Below, piece by piece: positions 8,974 through 17,294 of a stretch of 64,000 bases of DNA. Below the pieces are notes generated by a model that was not told where the DNA came from, searched no databases, and saw only the letters and a list, made by a program, of their open reading frames with translations. The stretch is from assembly GCA_022566315.1 (NCBI GenBank), contig JADFJC010000003.1:6109-70108 (forward strand), read 5' to 3'. The position numbers and the translations under genes were made by a program. Position 1 is the first letter of the stretch, and every line of letters begins with the position of its first letter. The stretch is from Planctomycetota bacterium (GTDB lineage Bacteria > Planctomycetota > Phycisphaerae > Sedimentisphaerales > Anaerobacaceae).

Positions 8974-9759
8974 ATGACAAAAAGTTCACGGCTTGTAGCC
9001 TCATTAAAGTTTCTCATATGCCTGATGTGCTTGGCGGGCTCCATGCTGGTCGCGTCACAGCCAGCATACGGTCAGGGCGGGCCTCCGCTCATCACGGACG
9101 ATCCCGCCACCCCGGGCGATGGCAACTGGGAAATCAATCTCGCTTTCACCGCTGAGAAACGCAGGACGGGACGTGAGTACGAGAGTCCGCTTCTCGACAT
9201 CAATTACGGGCTTGGCGAGCACATACAGTTGAAATATGAAGTACCATGGCTGGTCCTGGATGAACGTGGCCAGCGAACGAAAACCGGACTGGGCAACTCG
9301 ACTTTCGGTGTTAAGTGGCGTTTTTTTGACGAAGACAGGCACGGAATCGACATGTCGGTCTACCCCCAGTTTGAATTCAATAATTCCGACTCCGCTACAG
9401 ATCGCGGGCTGGTTGACCGAGGAGTCGAGTTTGTTTTGCCGTTCCAGATAGAAAAGTCCTTCGGCCCCATATCCCTAAATCCGGAATTCGGATACGTGTT
9501 TAAGGAGTACAATAACAATGAGTGGATTTATGGTCTGGCGATAGGATATGAGGCATCAAGCAATCTTGAATTACTGGCGGAGATTAGTGGAACGACAGAC
9601 CAGGATTTTGAAGATGATGAGCTCCTGTTCAATCTTGGCGCCAGATGCGAACTGAGTGAAACCCACACTTTGCTGCTGTCAGCAGGAAGAAGTTTTCGCT
9701 CTGCAGCAAGCGGTGAGCCGGAATTCCTGCTCTACGTAGGCATACAGTTTAACTTTTAG
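8974..9759 (+). CDS. Small outer-membrane beta-barrel protein (MetA-pathway/'transporter'-like family, tentative)
   Basis: 261-aa ORF. Signal peptide ending ...ASQPAYGQ, then the conserved PPLITDDPATPG motif, alternating strands and a C-terminal ...GIQFNF. Confidence 0.65.
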   Translation: MTKSSRLVASLKFLICLMCLAGSMLVASQPAYGQGGPPLITDDPATPGDGNWEINLAFTAEKRRTGREYESPLLDINYGLGEHIQLKYEVPWLVLDERGQRTKTGLGNSTFGVKWRFFDEDRHGIDMSVYPQFEFNNSDSATDRGLVDRGVEFVLPFQIEKSFGPISLNPEFGYVFKEYNNNEWIYGLAIGYEASSNLELLAEISGTTDQDFEDDELLFNLGARCELSETHTLLLSAGRSFRSAASGEPEFLLYVGIQFNF

Positions 9760-10160
9760 CAAGCATGAAGAATAAGCACTTGAAGTAAGACCGCAAACAG
9801 TTGCAGCTAATCAATCGGATAATCGTGCGGGAGATGTTGGTTACGAGGAAGACTTTTGCAACAGTATCTGTTATTGTTCTTATAGTGTTAATGTGGGGCT
9901 TTGGCTGCTGGACTTGTGGATGGCTCGCTGGGTTGCTGCGCGATATCTGAAGAGCAGGACCGAAAAGGACAGGCACAAACGCCATGGGGAGTTACAAAAT
10001 GGTTTTTGGCAACCAGAGAAATAAAATAGTATCTTCTTGCAGTCCAGGGTAAATATTGATATTATGATGGGTTTGAAAAGTAGAAAAACATTTCTAAAAG
10101 TGTTAAATGGGAATGTCAGATTAGTAGAAGTAAGACAAGAAATGAAAAGGAGACACAAAT

Positions 10161-10301
10161 ATGGAAAACAAACAGGTGGAAATTGAGCAAAAGCAATGTA
10201 ATGTCAGTAAAGAAAATAAAGCAAAAAAGAAATGGCAAAGGCCCAAACTTGAGGATGTTTCCGGCAAAGTGATGGCCCAGCCTTACATTAGGTTCACTTA
10301 A
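10161..10301 (+). CDS. Unannotated 46-aa PqqA-like precursor peptide candidate
   Basis: It falls below the ORF-track size cutoff. AAGGAG lies 8 nt upstream of ATG 10161. Translation: MENKQVEIEQKQCNVSKENKAKKKWQRPKLEDVSGKVMAQPYIRFT. It lies 138 nt upstream of a PqqD-like gene and a radical SAM gene. Confidence 0.5.
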   Translation: MENKQVEIEQKQCNVSKENKAKKKWQRPKLEDVSGKVMAQPYIRFT

Positions 10302-10330
10302 TTGATTATTGATTATCGGCAATAATCAAT
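10301..10330 (+). promoter_or_regulatory. Stem-loop directly after the peptide ORF (possible attenuator or mRNA-stabilising hairpin)
   Basis: ATTGATTATTG (10301-10311) pairs perfectly with CAATAATCAAT (10320-10330), with an 8-nt loop. There is no U-tract, so it is not a canonical terminator. Confidence 0.4.
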
Positions 10331-10439
10331 CAGTGTGTATATGTAATAAGTACGCAAGCTGTAAGTGCACAAATCCTAAGTGTTGCCGTGCACCTGTGTG
10401 TTTATGCGCTAATGTCCTTGTAAGGAAAGAGAGGTTTGG

Positions 10440-10691
10440 ATGAATTTTACTGAACATACGAAAATCAGAAAAGAAAAATTCGGAACAGTGGTATTTGATA
10501 CCCTGACCGAAAAGATCTTTATAACTGACCAGATAGGTGGGGATATCTTGCAGTTAATTGAACAGGGTAAAGATTTGCCTGAGATGCTGAACGTGCTGGG
10601 CGATAACTACGATGGCGATAGGCAAACTATCAAAAAAGATGTTGTCGAGTTTACCGATCAATTGAAATCTGACAATATAGTCAGTGTATAG
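10440..10691 (+). CDS. PqqD-family protein (RiPP recognition element / peptide chaperone)
   Basis: 83 aa. KFGTVVFDTLTEKIFITDQIGGDILQLIEQGKDLPEML...IKKDVVEFTDQLKSDNIV fits the PqqD winged-helix pattern. It sits 8 nt before the radical SAM gene. Confidence 0.7.
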   Translation: MNFTEHTKIRKEKFGTVVFDTLTEKIFITDQIGGDILQLIEQGKDLPEMLNVLGDNYDGDRQTIKKDVVEFTDQLKSDNIVSV

Positions 10692-10699
10692 GAGAGAAC

Positions 10700-11716
10700 A
10701 TGGGTATTGTAGCTGAAGAAAAAAAACTGAGTCGTTTAACCAATGCAGGGCCGGATGATCAGTTGCGAGCAATCCTTCAAGGCAGTGATTTCCAGGATTA
10801 TAAGTCCCCGCTTTTTATTGCCTGGCAACTAAATTCAGCCTGCAACTTAGGATGTCTGCATTGCTGCGAGGAAGCTGGCCACAGTATGCCTGATGAGATG
10901 ACCAAAGAGCAGGCTCTTGATTTCTGCAGGCAAATTGCGGATTTGGATGTTCCTTATATGGCTATCTCGGGCGGAGAACCGTTGCTTTGTCCTCATGTTT
11001 TTGATGTTTGTGAGTTTATCAGGGACAAGAATATAAGCCTTAAGATAGAGACCAACGGTGAGTTTATTGATGAAGATGTAGCTCGCAGATTTGCTGGGTT
11101 GAGAATGCGTTCGGTACAAATAAGCCTTGATGGTGCAACGCCGCAAACCCACGAGAAATTAAGACTGCGAGGGGACTGGGCAAAAGCTGTAGCGGCCTGC
11201 AAATCTCTTATAAAACATGGTGTTAATACCGAAATCGTTTTTGTTCCAACACAGTTCAATATCCACGAAATCGGCGAAATCATCGATCTTGCCTACTCAT
11301 TAGGTGTTTATGGCTTTTATACGGGCAAAACAATGCGAATCGGCCGAGCAGCTCAAAACTGGGATGTTATATGTCCATCTGAGGAAGAATATGCCAAGTT
11401 CTTTGAAGTGTTGCAGGAAAAGACCGCTCAGTACGAGGGTAAGATGAAGGTTTACTATTATCCTTACGATGTGATTGAAGAATTGAAGTATAGGCTGGAA
11501 TATCCATCAGCAAGTCTTTTGGTTGTGCCCAACGGCAAAGTTAAGCTTATAGGCCCACTGCCTTTTATCTGTGGTGATATGAAGAAACAGAGCCTAAGCC
11601 AAATTTGGGAAAATTACAAAAATGCCTGGAAAAAGTCAGAGGTGATTGAATTCACAAAGAAAGTAATCGCCGAACCAAAACTTTTAGCTGAGTCAAATAA
11701 CTGGATAGAGATTTAA
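10700..11716 (+). CDS. Radical SAM enzyme, PqqE/SPASM-like architecture but with a Cys-poor C-terminal domain
   Basis: 338 aa. It has CNLGCLHC (CX3CX2C), GGEPLL and a TIM-barrel-like core. The C-terminal LLVVPNGKVKLIGPLPFICGDMKKQSLSQIWENY is shaped like a SPASM/twitch tail, but only 2 Cys occur after residue 200. Confidence 0.8.
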   Translation: MGIVAEEKKLSRLTNAGPDDQLRAILQGSDFQDYKSPLFIAWQLNSACNLGCLHCCEEAGHSMPDEMTKEQALDFCRQIADLDVPYMAISGGEPLLCPHVFDVCEFIRDKNISLKIETNGEFIDEDVARRFAGLRMRSVQISLDGATPQTHEKLRLRGDWAKAVAACKSLIKHGVNTEIVFVPTQFNIHEIGEIIDLAYSLGVYGFYTGKTMRIGRAAQNWDVICPSEEEYAKFFEVLQEKTAQYEGKMKVYYYPYDVIEELKYRLEYPSASLLVVPNGKVKLIGPLPFICGDMKKQSLSQIWENYKNAWKKSEVIEFTKKVIAEPKLLAESNNWIEI

Positions 11717-11723
11717 TTTTACT

Positions 11724-12599
11724 ATGAGCCTCATAAAACTAATAAGATATCGGTTCTTTCTTTTCGCCGGTATACTTCCTTTCTTTTTAGGTCAGGCCAT
11801 TGCTTTTAATGTTCAGCAAGCACTTAATTGGTCTCGTTTTGGGTGGGGATTTATGGGCATCTTCTTTGTTTTGGTCGCTGTTGAGTTGTTCAATGAGTAT
11901 TTTGATGCAAAGGAAGGCGGCGACAGAATTTTTGCACAGCAGCAACCTGAAATTCCTGATTGGTTTTTTAAGTTGGCAGTTTCAACTCTTGGGCTTGCTT
12001 TCCTTGTCTGCGTTTATTTAACTTTGCAGACAGGTTGGCCTGTGCTTTTGTTTTCCTTCCTTGGATTTCTTGGCGCGTATTTTTACGTTGGCCCTCCGAT
12101 TAGATGGGCATACCGCGGATTTGGGGAAATCGTGATAGGCCTTTGCTATGGCCCGTTTATGGTATTGGGCAGTTACTACATTCAAACTCAAAAGATTGAT
12201 TTCGTGCCATTTTATGTCTCTGTGATTAGCGGATTGAGTGTGTTTTGCCTGGCTGTTTTGAACGAAATACCGGACTATTATCAGGACACGCTGGTTGGAA
12301 AACGAAATTTAGTAGTAAAACTCGGAAAACGAAAAGCGATTTTACTGTTAAAGTCAGGGTTGGCGGGCGTATTTGTGCTTTTGATCTTGGGTGTCGTGAC
12401 AAAAACAATTCCCGTATTGGCAATATTCGCTGTGGCGACACTACCATGGCTTTTAAAGAGCATAAAAAGAGTCGAGAAAAACTATGATAATCCTACAGTG
12501 TTTCTTTCCTCAGTGAACACGATTGTTGTTACTCACATTGTGATTATTTTGTCTTTAGGTATAGGTTTTTTGAAGGCTGATTTCTTTACCAGTCCTTAG
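11724..12599 (+). CDS. UbiA-superfamily membrane prenyltransferase, MenA-like
   Basis: 291 aa and polytopic. The Asp-rich motifs NEYFDAKEGGD and NEIPDYYQDTLVGKRNLVVKLGKRKA resemble the MenA NxxxDxxxGxD and NxxxDxxxDxxxGKxTLxVxLG motifs. Confidence 0.75.
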   Translation: MSLIKLIRYRFFLFAGILPFFLGQAIAFNVQQALNWSRFGWGFMGIFFVLVAVELFNEYFDAKEGGDRIFAQQQPEIPDWFFKLAVSTLGLAFLVCVYLTLQTGWPVLLFSFLGFLGAYFYVGPPIRWAYRGFGEIVIGLCYGPFMVLGSYYIQTQKIDFVPFYVSVISGLSVFCLAVLNEIPDYYQDTLVGKRNLVVKLGKRKAILLLKSGLAGVFVLLILGVVTKTIPVLAIFAVATLPWLLKSIKRVEKNYDNPTVFLSSVNTIVVTHIVIILSLGIGFLKADFFTSP

Positions 12600-12726
12600 A
12601 TTGAATGAATCTTGAGAAGATTTATCAGCCGATTGTAGATGATCTAAAAACAGTGGAAAATCTTGTAGTGTCCTCCATTGGCTGATTATATTACTCAAAA
12701 AAATTTTAAAGATTGTGAAGTAAGTT

Positions 12727-13125
12727 ATGGAAAATGCAAAGATTCTGATTGTAGATGATGATCCGGATCTTATCAAGGTACTCCAGACTATTCTGGAAAG
12801 CGAGCAGTATACTGTAATCACAGCCGCCAACAGAACAGAAGGTATGGAAAAAATTAGGATTAACAAACCCGATTTAGTCATACTGGATGTTATGATGGCT
12901 ACGTGCCAGGATGGCTTTGAAATGTCCATAGAGTTGAAGCAAAACTCCGAATGTAAAGACATACCCATTCTAATGCTGACCGCTGTCAAGGGCAAGTTTG
13001 GTATAGATTTCAAATCTTCTGCTGGAGATCCTGTCTGGCTACCGGTGGACGAGTTCTTGGACAAGCCCGCAGAACCCAACGTGTTACTAACCAAGGTCAA
13101 AAAACTTCTGTCAAAGAAAACTTGA
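12727..13125 (+). CDS. Stand-alone response regulator receiver (CheY-like)
   Basis: 132 aa. It has KILIVDDDPD, the phospho-acceptor context DLVILDVMM, LMLTAV and a conserved Lys region. No output domain. Confidence 0.85.
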   Translation: MENAKILIVDDDPDLIKVLQTILESEQYTVITAANRTEGMEKIRINKPDLVILDVMMATCQDGFEMSIELKQNSECKDIPILMLTAVKGKFGIDFKSSAGDPVWLPVDEFLDKPAEPNVLLTKVKKLLSKKT

Positions 13126-13154
13126 CATGGAACAAGTACCCCAAGATACCAGAC

Positions 13155-13643
13155 TCATTGAACGGGCTTATTGGCTTCGATTAAACTCCGATGGATAGCC
13201 ATAGTAGGGCTCAGTTGTAGCCACTGTTTTCGCCAGTAATGTCCTGGGCGTATCGTTACAGGTTGTACCGCTTTATTGCATCGCCGCAGCGATGCATACA
13301 ATTCGACCAACCAGTAACCGTTCACCAATTCACCAGTACTGCCATCGCGAACTTTAGCCAGATAATCCATCTTCTTTGCTAACGGCTTGGCAATGTCCGA
13401 AAGGTCAAGAATAATGGGTGTATCATCCTGGATAAAGCCCAGCCATACTTGCGGCAATGCGGCCTCGACCTTGTCATCAAAGTCGCTATCCTTTACAAGG
13501 TGTGCTTCGAGACGATCCAGTCGTGAGAGGAACTTCGTGCGTTGATTTGGCAGGTGCCGTGCCATTTGACAAACGATAGGTTTGCCGCACCGAAGCAGTC
13601 CTATGAGGCTGTCTCGCAGGAACTTTTTGTCCGGCACTGACAA
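13155..13643 (-). pseudogene. DDE transposase fragment (IS4/IS5-superfamily-like N-terminal part)
   Basis: 162-aa ORF with DLSDIAKPLAKKMDYLAKVRDGSTGELVNGYWLVELYA, typical of the first catalytic-Asp region. No ATG start (TTG), an upstream frame break, and the remaining DDE residues are missing. Confidence 0.55.
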
Positions 13644-13995
13644 ATTATTGCCTATTTTTTTGAGAAAGTTGTGCAGGTTTGACGATATTGATTACATTAG
13701 AACTCTACGCTTCAACATAATGCATCTCCTTGTGTAATAAGGGTTTACAGAAGATTGTTAACTACCCCTTATATCGTCATACACAAGGAGTGCGTCTTGA
13801 GTGAATCATCCCCCCAAAAATCTTTTTCAAAAAACCCCTAAGTTTCCTAAATCAAAGAGACATCTGACAACTCGCAATTGACCTAATTTTTTACTTGACG
13901 CCGAGTCTGGGCGTGTGGTAAACTACATATCAGCGATATTGTGAAAAGCCGTTTATTGACCTGTTATACAAAAATGGGGGCTGGAGGATAAAAAA

Positions 13996-16641
13996 ATGAA
14001 GGAGGTAATAACGTCACGAATCCTGCGGACAATCCTTTTAATGCTCATCGTGGTGGTGCTGTGCCCGTTTGCCCATGGCAAGATCATCTACGTTGATGTC
14101 GATGCCACTGGTGCGAATGATGGCTCGTCATGGGCGGATACATACTGGTGCCTGCAGAGTGCTCTTGCCGATGCACAGTCTGGCGACGAAATCTGGGTGG
14201 CAAAGGGCATATATAGGCCTGACCGCCAGTTCGTAAGAGGACGGTCTCCCCGAATAGTGGCTTCCGGTGACCGCACAGCCACATTCCAGCTCAAAAACGG
14301 GGTGACCATTAAGGGCGGCTACGCCGGCTTTGGCGAACCAGACCCCGATGTGCGAGATATCGACCTGTACAAGACCATCCTCAGCGGCGACTTGAACGGC
14401 GATGATGGGCTGAACTTCGCGAACAACGCCGAGAACAGCTACCACGTAGTGACCGGGAGCGGAACGGATGCAACAGCCGTGCTGGATGGCCTTACTATCA
14501 CTGCTGGTAACGCCAATGGCTCCTGGCAGGACCAAACTGGGCGTGGCGGTGGGCTATACAACAGCGGTGGGAGCCCAACAATCACCAGATGCGTGTTCAG
14601 TCGGGACTCGGCTCAGTGGGGCGGCGGGATGTACACCGAGTACGGTGACCCGACGCTAACCAATTGCGTGTTTAGTTTGAACTCGGCGCTCTATGGCGGT
14701 GGAATTTACTTCTATTTTTCTCCGGCCGCGATTACGAACAATACTATCACGGGTAATTTGGCTACGGGCTATGGTGGCGGCGGAATTTATTGTGGCAATT
14801 CTTCGCCAACGGTAGTCAATACTATCCTATGGAACAACAGTCCGGACGAGATTTATCTTAAGCAAAGTTCCATCGCAGTCACCTATTCCGATGTTCAAGG
14901 TAGTTGGTCTGGGGTCGGCAATATTAACGCTGACCCAATGTTTGTGGACGCAGATGGGGCCGATGACGTGATCGGCACAGAGGATGATAACTTGCGTTTA
15001 TTGCCAGGCTCTCCCTGTATTGACGCAGGTAATAACGAAGCGGTTCCTTCATCAGTGATTCTGGATCTTGATGGAAATCCACGCATTATGAACGGTATCG
15101 TGGACATGGGTGCGTATGAAAGGATTCCTACCCCAAACGTCTATTACGTAAATGCAGGTAACGGAGACGATAACGACGACGGATTAACACCTCAAGCAGC
15201 TTTCGCAACCATTCAGAAGGGTATCGATGCAGCAGTGAATGGCGAAGTAGTTCTGGTCTATCCGGGTCTGTACCAGGAAGAAATCAATTTTCTGGGTAAA
15301 AAGCTAACAGTGCAAGGCGTCGCTGCAGGTCCTGCTGGTGTGCCTGTGCTCCAGAATCCCGGCGATTTTGCAGTTTCATTTTACTACGGCGAAGGCCCCG
15401 AGAGTGTGTTGAAGAATTTTATCATAAGAAATAATTTCATGGGTATTTTTATTGCGGGTAGTTCTCCGACGATAAGCAATGTAACAGTGGTTGATAACAA
15501 ATACGCCATTGAGGCCTATGCCGGAGCAGAGCCGGATATCAGCAACAGTATCTTCTGGAACAACTCTGATGGCGACCTGTTCCAATGCCAGGCACGATAT
15601 AGCTGCATCGAACGAGGAGACGAAGGCGAAGGCAACATTTATGCCAATCCGCTCTTTGTTGATCCCGACACCGGTGACTATCATCTACGCTCCGAGCGAG
15701 GCCGATATTGGCCAGAGCATGATGTATGGGTCCTCGACAAGGTAACCAGCCCTTGTGTTGACGGCGGCGATCCTAACGCTGATACATTAAATGAGCCGAT
15801 GCCCCACGGCAGTCGGATTAATATTGGTGCCTACGGCGGCACGAAGGAAGCCAGCCTGTCACCGAGCGAACAACCGTGTCCCCTGTCTGACAAGGCTTTT
15901 AATCCATATCCTGCCGACGGAGCCATCGACGTTGAGGAACCTGTCGAACTTGTCATATTGACTTGGACCGCTGGCCTCAACGCCGCCTCCCACGATGTGT
16001 ACTTCGGCATTGATGGAGACGCTGTTGCCAATGCCGATACATCCGATACGACCGGCACATATCGAGGCCGCCAGGCTATTACCAGCTATATGCCACCCGA
16101 AGGTTTTGGAGGGCGCACTATCACTTACTACTGGCGGATAGATGAGGTCGATAGCGAGGGCAATAAGACAACAGGTGACGTTTGGACATTTACAACAATC
16201 CCTCCACCACCGCCCAAAGGCAGGGCTTGCTTCCTCGGTGATACGTCTGTGTGGGTGAATGGGGCACTTGTGCAGATATCAAACGTTGTCTCGGGGCAGA
16301 TGGTTGGTGGGCCTCATTGTGACCTGGCAACAGACTGCTTAGAGCAGATTGAGAAAGTCGAAGAGCACGAAGGGACGTTCGAATGTCGTGACATAGTGCT
16401 CGAAAGCGGAAACCGCATCAGCGTTGTGGATGCACACTGCTTCATGCTCGATTCCGGACAGTGGATCGCGGCACAAGACTTAAGAAGTGGCCTCCGATTG
16501 AAAACATTAAGCGGCACAGTCGGTATCAAAAGCGTTGCAACAAGAGCCGTGCCTTTTGTCGGCAAGGTGTACAATCTAAAGGTTACAGGAGTAGATCGGT
16601 ATTTAGTAAGCGAAGATGGGGTAATTGTACGTGACTATTGA
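13996..16641 (+). CDS. Secreted right-handed beta-helix repeat protein with Ig-like module and C-terminal Hint (bacterial intein-like) domain
   Basis: 881 aa with a signal peptide. Repeated GGG(I/M)Y...NC(V/I)F...N units indicate a parallel beta-helix (Pmp-like). It also carries the PADGAIDV...HDVYFG...YYWRIDEV...WTFTT module and a PPPPP linker. From Cys745 the sequence is CFLGDTSVWVNG...VVDAHCF...VYNLKVTGVDRYLVSEDGVIVRDY, i.e. Hint blocks. Confidence 0.8.
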   Translation: MKEVITSRILRTILLMLIVVVLCPFAHGKIIYVDVDATGANDGSSWADTYWCLQSALADAQSGDEIWVAKGIYRPDRQFVRGRSPRIVASGDRTATFQLKNGVTIKGGYAGFGEPDPDVRDIDLYKTILSGDLNGDDGLNFANNAENSYHVVTGSGTDATAVLDGLTITAGNANGSWQDQTGRGGGLYNSGGSPTITRCVFSRDSAQWGGGMYTEYGDPTLTNCVFSLNSALYGGGIYFYFSPAAITNNTITGNLATGYGGGGIYCGNSSPTVVNTILWNNSPDEIYLKQSSIAVTYSDVQGSWSGVGNINADPMFVDADGADDVIGTEDDNLRLLPGSPCIDAGNNEAVPSSVILDLDGNPRIMNGIVDMGAYERIPTPNVYYVNAGNGDDNDDGLTPQAAFATIQKGIDAAVNGEVVLVYPGLYQEEINFLGKKLTVQGVAAGPAGVPVLQNPGDFAVSFYYGEGPESVLKNFIIRNNFMGIFIAGSSPTISNVTVVDNKYAIEAYAGAEPDISNSIFWNNSDGDLFQCQARYSCIERGDEGEGNIYANPLFVDPDTGDYHLRSERGRYWPEHDVWVLDKVTSPCVDGGDPNADTLNEPMPHGSRINIGAYGGTKEASLSPSEQPCPLSDKAFNPYPADGAIDVEEPVELVILTWTAGLNAASHDVYFGIDGDAVANADTSDTTGTYRGRQAITSYMPPEGFGGRTITYYWRIDEVDSEGNKTTGDVWTFTTIPPPPPKGRACFLGDTSVWVNGALVQISNVVSGQMVGGPHCDLATDCLEQIEKVEEHEGTFECRDIVLESGNRISVVDAHCFMLDSGQWIAAQDLRSGLRLKTLSGTVGIKSVATRAVPFVGKVYNLKVTGVDRYLVSEDGVIVRDY

Positions 16642-16723
16642 GGGTCATGACTATCCAGACTAACTTTGGAGCCGGTCGAAAACGACTCGACGGCGTTGGC
16701 TCACTCGAAGGGGTTAGCAGTAA

Positions 16724-16881
16724 GGACTGGTAAAGAAATTAGGTTTCGTTTTTGGCTGAGCGAGGACAAGGCTGGCAAGGAAGCAAAACGCAGGCCTACT
16801 GGTTGGTAGTCCGAGTTTTGCTGAGGCCGCCAGCCGAAGCCGCAGCCAGCCAAAAATGGAAGATAATTTATTTACAAGTCC
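16724..16881 (+). mobile_element. MITE-A copy 2 (flanked by TAA/TAA)
   Basis: 158 bp, collinear with copies 1 and 3 with no indels. TAA occurs at 16721-16723 and again at 16882-16884. Confidence 0.75.
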
Positions 16882-17294
16882 TAAGGTGCAAAGGAACGAT
16901 AAGGCATTAGCCGTACACTGATGCGGATTAACTAATGCTGATGAATCGCTCCTTATATCGATAGTCTTCAGGTGACCATTGGTTCTTTAGATATCGACAT
17001 CCGTTACTTCTCCCGGGATTTTGTGATCAATCAAAATACAGGCGGTGATGACAGGGGGATCTGTCCGGGATGTATTTATCTTTACGTATTAGAAATCGAT
17101 TTAAAAAGAGGTTCCCCGTTTTTCCGTAATTAGTATCTGTTGCGGAAAGCAACAGGTACTTCTTAGCCACTCACAGCCAAAATTCGACGGCCTCAAGGCT
17201 GATTTTATCCCTTGAATTGTTATACCCCTGGTGGTATTATCACTCCTGTATGTTGAAGTCAAATTTCATAGTCAAACATTAAGGATATAGAAAA

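Noticed and set aside
9834-9950. 38-codon ORF (MLVTRKTFATVSVIVLIVLMWGFGCWTCGWLAGLLRDI) upstream of the peptide/rSAM operon
   Set aside because: It is hydrophobic and plausible as a mini-membrane protein. However, the GGAG lies directly against the ATG with no spacer, and there is no other support. It is too weak to annotate.
12555-13100. 181-aa ORF on the minus strand
   Set aside because: It overlaps the well-supported CheY-like receiver gene on the opposite strand. The sequence is Ser/Ile-rich and featureless.
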